Translations under genes and position numbers: made by a program
Notes under the pieces: generated by a model
Told to the model about the DNA's origin: nothing
What the model saw: the letters and a program-made list of their open reading frames with translations, nothing else
The model's database searches: none
Part shown: piece after piece, positions 58,987-64,000 of the stretch
Layout: the number at the start of each line of letters is the position of its first letter
Numbering within the stretch: position 1 is the stretch's first letter
Assembly (NCBI GenBank): GCA_047495785.1
Contig: JBLDXI010000029.1
Span: 744,001-808,000 of the forward strand
Source of the DNA: Lepidodermella squamata
Lineage: Eukaryota; Animalia; Gastrotricha
Direction: 5' to 3'
Length of the DNA: 64,000 nucleotides

Positions 58987-61365
58987 ATGATGCTGATTGT
59001 TCTTACTCTTTTCTTCTCGTCGGCCATTCGGGGCATCGACGCTGTTTCAAAGCCAAACGTGCTTCGCATGCTAAATTTCCGATCTCAGCCACCAGGTAGT
59101 TCTTGTGCCATCGCCCAAGATATCGTTCTTGGTATCATCAACAACCGCACGGACATTCTGCCTAATTACCGCGTCGTTCTTACAAGTACTACAGAAGGAC
59201 CTAATGGTATGCTGGCGCCAAAGGCTATTGCGGAATTCGATCGAAGTTTTGACTCCCGACAATCTACCGACTTTCAAGCTCCGCTTATCTCCGGGGTGTC
59301 TTTGACTCCAGGTTGCAAGGCAGTCGGCTCAATGGTTCATTATTTAGGAATGATACTCGTATCATCAGCGTGCCTCAATCCTAGGTTTACAGCCAATAGA
59401 GGCTTATATCCCGGGCTTTACCGGGAACGGGCGTCAGCTGAGGTTGCAAACCATCCAACCATTGCTTTCATGAAACGGATTGGGCGATGGCAAAAATTTG
59501 CGATAATCGCCAACTCGGATAATGAATACCATACTGCAGTTGCAACGCATCTGCACCAGACCGCAAAAGCAGAAGGTCTTTCAGTAAACTGGTTCGAAGC
59601 GACGCCTTCGCCGGAAGAAAGTTCTATGCGGCTGTTGAAGGCTAGTGGGGTTCGAATAATCTTTATTCAGGCCATAGAAAACTTATTCTTCTCCAAATTT
59701 CTATGCCAAGCATACGAAGTCGGCATTTACGGGACGAGATACGTCTTCCTCGCACCATATTCACTGGCAGCCCGGGATCCGAGCTTGACTACTACTGAAA
59801 CTTGTTCGGCCGAAATTATCAAGAAACAGATGAGCAGTATTTACTACGTAGGATCTACAGCATTCACCCTGGAAAACAATGACCAAGTCCAATTAGGATA
59901 TGACCTTTCTGGGTTCGACGCTATGTTTTCGAAATATTCCAATGGCTCGAATAAAGATGATTACTCGGACCGTATAATGTGCCACGATCGAATTCTTCAC
60001 AGCCTGCTAGTACTTGATGAAACTGAGAAGCGTTTGGCGAGACAAAACATGTCATTTCGAGATTTTAGAAATGACAGAGTAACTGTTATGAATGTCTTAA
60101 ATCAAACTCTGCCTTCTTTACCATTCACTGGGCTTCGAATGGGTCAGTTCGTATACAGTGAAAGGCTTGAGATCGAGGAAGATCTATGCTATGTCTCCAG
60201 TCAATCGGCTGCATTAGCTTCAACTTTCAGTTTGAAAATGATCGTCAATGATGGTCATGCAATAAGTAACACTACGAAAAACATACAATTTGTCTCGTCG
60301 CCTTTTCAGCCTTTGAAATGGAGTACGCATGACGGGAAACCACCGAAAGACAGTGCAAGGCTTGCAGTTTCTACAAAAAGAATCCCGAGCGAATTATTCT
60401 GTCTAGTAGCTTCACTCGCTACTTTAGCGTTTATTTTGAAGATTTCCATGGTTTTCATTGTCAGGCGAAACAATCAACTTAAATCATTACGAGACTGGAA
60501 GTTTCTACTGCTTGGTTGTCTTTTATTGGACATAACTGCGGTTTTGTATGTAGCTGGGTTGCATATAAATGGAGAATTGATATGCAGTATTCGAATGGTG
60601 CTACCTACTGTTGGGCTAACAATCATTCACGGTTATCTTTTGATAAGCATGATGCAGATGTATACCTTCTCCGAATCAGGTAGCAAAGTTGGCGGAGTTA
60701 GACCTTACACTGCGATCAATTCGGGAATCGGTGATTCGTATTGCCGGAGTCGAAAGTCACCAATCGAAAATAGATACTTGGATTTACCTATCCGTACACC
60801 CAAAATAAGCCGGAAGCCGAACGTGGCATTTACAAAGAAATTTGCCATTTTTGTGGCAATAACTATCAGCATCGTCAATCTTGCTGCACTTCTCATTTTA
60901 TTTTCGAACGGCTCTCTGAAAGTTCTGAGTGTGAGAGTCGACAAGGAATCAATTTATGACGAGTACAGCGACACTGTCAACGAAGTTTTCGAACTCCATT
61001 GCTACTCAGATTCTGCAAATGTTTTCTACGCGATGACTGTCGGTTGCCATGGTTTGGTCATGTTCACGTCGGCTTTCATGTCGTACCAACTACGTTCAAA
61101 GGCTGATACTAAGCATCTGCGGCTCGCCATCGTAGGCGAATTGACGCTTTTCATCGCCATGTGTCTCATATTATTGGTTTTGTCTTCAGACTCGGCCACG
61201 TCGCAATATCTGGCAGTTTCAATTGGGTTTCTTATTGTCGCCGTGTCGATTCCAGCCGTCATTTTTCATCGCTTAATTCTTTTGAAATTTCCCAATGGGA
61301 TCCTATTGGGGAAATTGAGAGCAAACTTTATTAGCCTTAATCATCAAGGCAGCGTATTCATTTAA
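58987..61365 (+). CDS. Intronless class C GPCR, GABA-B-receptor-like (signal peptide, Venus flytrap, 7TM, no Cys-rich domain), ~792 aa
   Basis: INNRTDILPNY, YPGLYR, LKASGVRIIF, FLCQAYEVGIYGTRYVF; W...KPPKD linker; seven hydrophobic segments. Confidence 0.9.
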   Translation: MMLIVLTLFFSSAIRGIDAVSKPNVLRMLNFRSQPPGSSCAIAQDIVLGIINNRTDILPNYRVVLTSTTEGPNGMLAPKAIAEFDRSFDSRQSTDFQAPLISGVSLTPGCKAVGSMVHYLGMILVSSACLNPRFTANRGLYPGLYRERASAEVANHPTIAFMKRIGRWQKFAIIANSDNEYHTAVATHLHQTAKAEGLSVNWFEATPSPEESSMRLLKASGVRIIFIQAIENLFFSKFLCQAYEVGIYGTRYVFLAPYSLAARDPSLTTTETCSAEIIKKQMSSIYYVGSTAFTLENNDQVQLGYDLSGFDAMFSKYSNGSNKDDYSDRIMCHDRILHSLLVLDETEKRLARQNMSFRDFRNDRVTVMNVLNQTLPSLPFTGLRMGQFVYSERLEIEEDLCYVSSQSAALASTFSLKMIVNDGHAISNTTKNIQFVSSPFQPLKWSTHDGKPPKDSARLAVSTKRIPSELFCLVASLATLAFILKISMVFIVRRNNQLKSLRDWKFLLLGCLLLDITAVLYVAGLHINGELICSIRMVLPTVGLTIIHGYLLISMMQMYTFSESGSKVGGVRPYTAINSGIGDSYCRSRKSPIENRYLDLPIRTPKISRKPNVAFTKKFAIFVAITISIVNLAALLILFSNGSLKVLSVRVDKESIYDEYSDTVNEVFELHCYSDSANVFYAMTVGCHGLVMFTSAFMSYQLRSKADTKHLRLAIVGELTLFIAMCLILLVLSSDSATSQYLAVSIGFLIVAVSIPAVIFHRLILLKFPNGILLGKLRANFISLNHQGSVFI

Positions 61366-62237
61366 CAGCCGCGATAGAATGTAAGCCAGCAGTGAGTTAT
61401 GTTCTCTTTGCATAAATCGCCATTCTTCATATCAAACCCCGCTGTTGTCTAATTTCGGAAACAAGGCGAGGGCAGCTTTTACTTTGATTTTCAAATAAAT
61501 TAAGATCCGACTTTTTCATGTGGAGTTTTAGGTCGTTTTCTTTGCTGATTGTTTTAACTATCTAATATTTTCACAATAAACATGTAGATCGACAACTTAA
61601 CATCGGCAATGAACAGAAATTGCAGGTGGAAGTGCTTTGGATATGTTCGCAGTTGTTCGCAGTAAGGCATTCGGCCCGACGATTAGACATCTACAAATGC
61701 CCCTTCACGGCCAAAGCACAGGAAAACAAAAAAGTTCGGAGATGTCCAGAAGTCAACTCCAAGTGCGTCCGAAGGGTTTGAAGTTTGTAGCCGATTTCTA
61801 TAAGTAAATGCGCTATGGCTGTTTGCAAATTTGAAAGCAGTTCCATTTCCTGTTTTTAGTTTTAATTTTTACAGGATGCGATAGGTTTATACTATTTCCT
61901 CCACGAAACTTAGTGTCCCCAGAATTCTTAAGAGGCATAGAAAGCTCTTAAGAGGAAGCGTGGAGCCTGAAATCGAAAGCATATCAGATCGCTATTAGTT
62001 CCCGAGCGGACTGGATACGCCAACCTCCGATCTACCCAGTGAGATAGCTAGGCACGTATGTTTACAATCTCATCTGCGTGGATGCTGAAACCTTTGGGCT
62101 AATGCCATCGGAAGGCTTTCAACTGAGTGCTCAGCGGAAGGAATTCCTGTTTCGTCAGGGTTTCAGACATTACGTCTGGGTTGCATTATAAAGCAAGCTG
62201 CGAGTCCATAAGCGCTTTGTATATTACACAATAAAAA

Positions 62238-64000
62238 ATGAGGATCGACGTTGTAATTGGAATTTTTTTCGCCCTGAAATACTGTGGAGCTAAACAAAAG
62301 CCATACATGCTCCGTATGTTGAATTTTCGTAATCAGCCAGCAGGTAGTTCTTGTGCTATCGGCCAAGACATCGCCGTGGATTTGATCAACAATCGCAGCG
62401 ACATATTGTCAAATTACCACGTAATTCTCACAACTGTTAACGAGGGCCCGAATGGCGTGCTTGCGCCGAAAGCTCTGGCTGACTTCGATCGACGTTATGA
62501 ATCACAACAAGCAGATTTTCAGGCTCCGCTTATCTCAGGTGTTTCATTGACTCCGGGTTGCAAAGCCGTCGGTTCGATGGTTCACTATTTTGGAATGATT
62601 TTATTAGCATCAGCTTGTCTCAATCCACGATTTACGGCTAACAGGAGGCTGTATCCTGGTATGTACCGTGAGCGAGCGTCAGCCGAGGTCGCAAACTATC
62701 CCGTCGTCGCTTTTATCAAGCGCATCGGATTTTGGCTAAAGTTTGGCATCATTGCAAATTCAGAGAATGAGTACAATATTGCTGTAGCCTCGCATCTTCA
62801 GCAAACAGCTAAAGCAGAAGGCCTTGTTGTCAGCTGGTTCGAAGCGACACCATCGCCAGATGAAAACTCTATGAGGACGCTAAAGGACAGTGGTTCTCGA
62901 GTGATCTTCGTCCAAGCCATTGAATTTCCCTTCTTCTCAAATTTTCTCTGTCAAGCATATGATGCAGGAATTTACGGGCCGAGGTACATTTTCTTGACAT
63001 CATACTCCTTAGCGGTTAGGGATCCGAGTTTGACAACATCAGATTCTTGTACCGCCCAGGTAATAAGGCAACAAATGAGCAGCATCTACTACGTTGGATC
63101 CACCACTTTCGCCCTCGAAAATAATGGTCCCGTCCAGTTGGGTTACAACGTTTCAGGATTTGATTCCATTTTTTTTACATACACGAATGGAACCAAAAAG
63201 GAGGACCACCCCGATCGGATATTTTGCCACGACCGAATTCTTCACAGCCTGTTAGTCCTAGATGAAACTGAGAAACGTCTAGCCAGACAAAACATGTCAT
63301 TGAGACACTTTAAGAATGACCGTATAGCTGTGATACGCGTGTTGAACCAAACAGTACCATCTCTACGGTTCACTGGTCTTCGCATGGGCTCTTTCGGTTA
63401 CAGCGAAAGGCTTGAGATCGAGGAAGATCTTTGCTATGTCTCAAGCCAATCTGCAGCCCTGGCGCTAACCTATAGCATGAAAATTGAAGTCGGAGATGGA
63501 ACTTCGTTGGGTAATTCAACGAACGTTTCAGCCAGCATCAAATTCACCCAATCACCCGTCCAGCCATTAAAGTGGATTACCCAAGATGGGAAGCCGCCGA
63601 AAGATAGTGCCCAGCTTGTTGTCTCAATGGAAAAGATATCACCTGAAATTCTCTACGTTATCGCATCGATCGCTTCGATAGCTTTTGGCTTAAAAGTAGC
63701 CGGACTTGTCACAATTTACTTTACCGGTAAGTTGGTACTGCTCGCGTCATCAAAACGTGAATGGGTTTTTCTTTCACTTGGATGTATTTCGCTCGACATT
63801 GCCTCGGTCCTTTTTGTTGCGGGGTTGGAGATAAACGGAGAGCTTACGTGCACTATTCGAATCATACTCTCTGTGGCTGGACTAACAGTTATTCACGGCT
63901 TCCTGTTGATCAGCGTTATGCAGAGATACAATTTTCCGGAATCTTCAGGTAAATTATATGGAACTAGCGTTTTCTCCACAGTTCAATCGGCGGGGTTGCG
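62238..64000 (+). CDS. Second intronless GABA-B-like class C GPCR paralog, runs off the window end
   Basis: ATG 62238, signal-like N-terminus, highly similar to 58987-61365; 5' and 3' ends are in the same frame and no terminated ORF is listed for this frame. Confidence 0.88.
   Translation, partial: MRIDVVIGIFFALKYCGAKQKPYMLRMLNFRNQPAGSSCAIGQDIAVDLINNRSDILSNYHVILTTVNEGPNGVLAPKALADFDRRYESQQADFQAPLISGVSLTPGCKAVGSMVHYFGMILLASACLNPRFTANRRLYPGMYRERASAEVANYPVVAFIKRIGFWLKFGIIANSENEYNIAVASHLQQTAKAEGLVVSWFEATPSPDENSMRTLKDSGSRVIFVQAIEFPFFSNFLCQAYDAGIYGPRYIFLTSYSLAVRDPSLTTSDSCTAQVIRQQMSSIYYVGSTTFALENNGPVQLGYNVSGFDSIFFTYTNGTKKEDHPDRIFCHDRILHSLLVLDETEKRLARQNMSLRHFKNDRIAVIRVLNQTVPSLRFTGLRMGSFGYSERLEIEEDLCYVSSQSAALALTYSMKIEVGDGTSLGNSTNVSASIKFTQSPVQPLKWITQDGKPPKDSAQLVVSMEKISPEILYVIASIASIAFGLKVAGLVTIYFTGKLVLLASSKREWVFLSLGCISLDIASVLFVAGLEINGELTCTIRIILSVAGLTVIHGFLLISVMQRYNFPESSGKLYGTSVFSTVQSAGL

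Overview
Compact, gene-dense genomic DNA from an invertebrate animal (many 50-65 nt GT-AG introns, no obvious CpG depletion, cilia gene present); species not identifiable from sequence alone. Conserved genes: 3' end of a possible RhoGAP-like gene, PRMT7 (-), PDXDC1 (+), an MDR/alcohol-dehydrogenase-like gene, LRRC6/DNAAF11, a CYP2-clan P450 and an extended globin. Lineage-specific content: a divergent Cys-loop ion channel, a ~14 kb secreted multi-EGF gene (one EGF per phase-1 exon, putative AbfB/CBM42 tail, damaged at its 3' end by a stop and a CACTA insertion) and a tandem array of intronless GABA-B-like class C GPCRs. Many non-autonomous DNA transposons can be delimited by TIR/TSD. The standout is a ~1.65 kb cassette present three times (17.0 kb +, 27 kb - and 5'-truncated, 49.4 kb +): tRNA-Ser(UGA), U6 snRNA, tRNA-Lys(UUU), tRNA-Glu(UUC), then a TATA-containing two-exon gene for a 168-aa secreted protein of alternating (Ser-X)n blocks and Lys/Arg-rich spacers, reminiscent of underwater silk/cement proteins. 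Exon boundaries and residue counts were read by eye.
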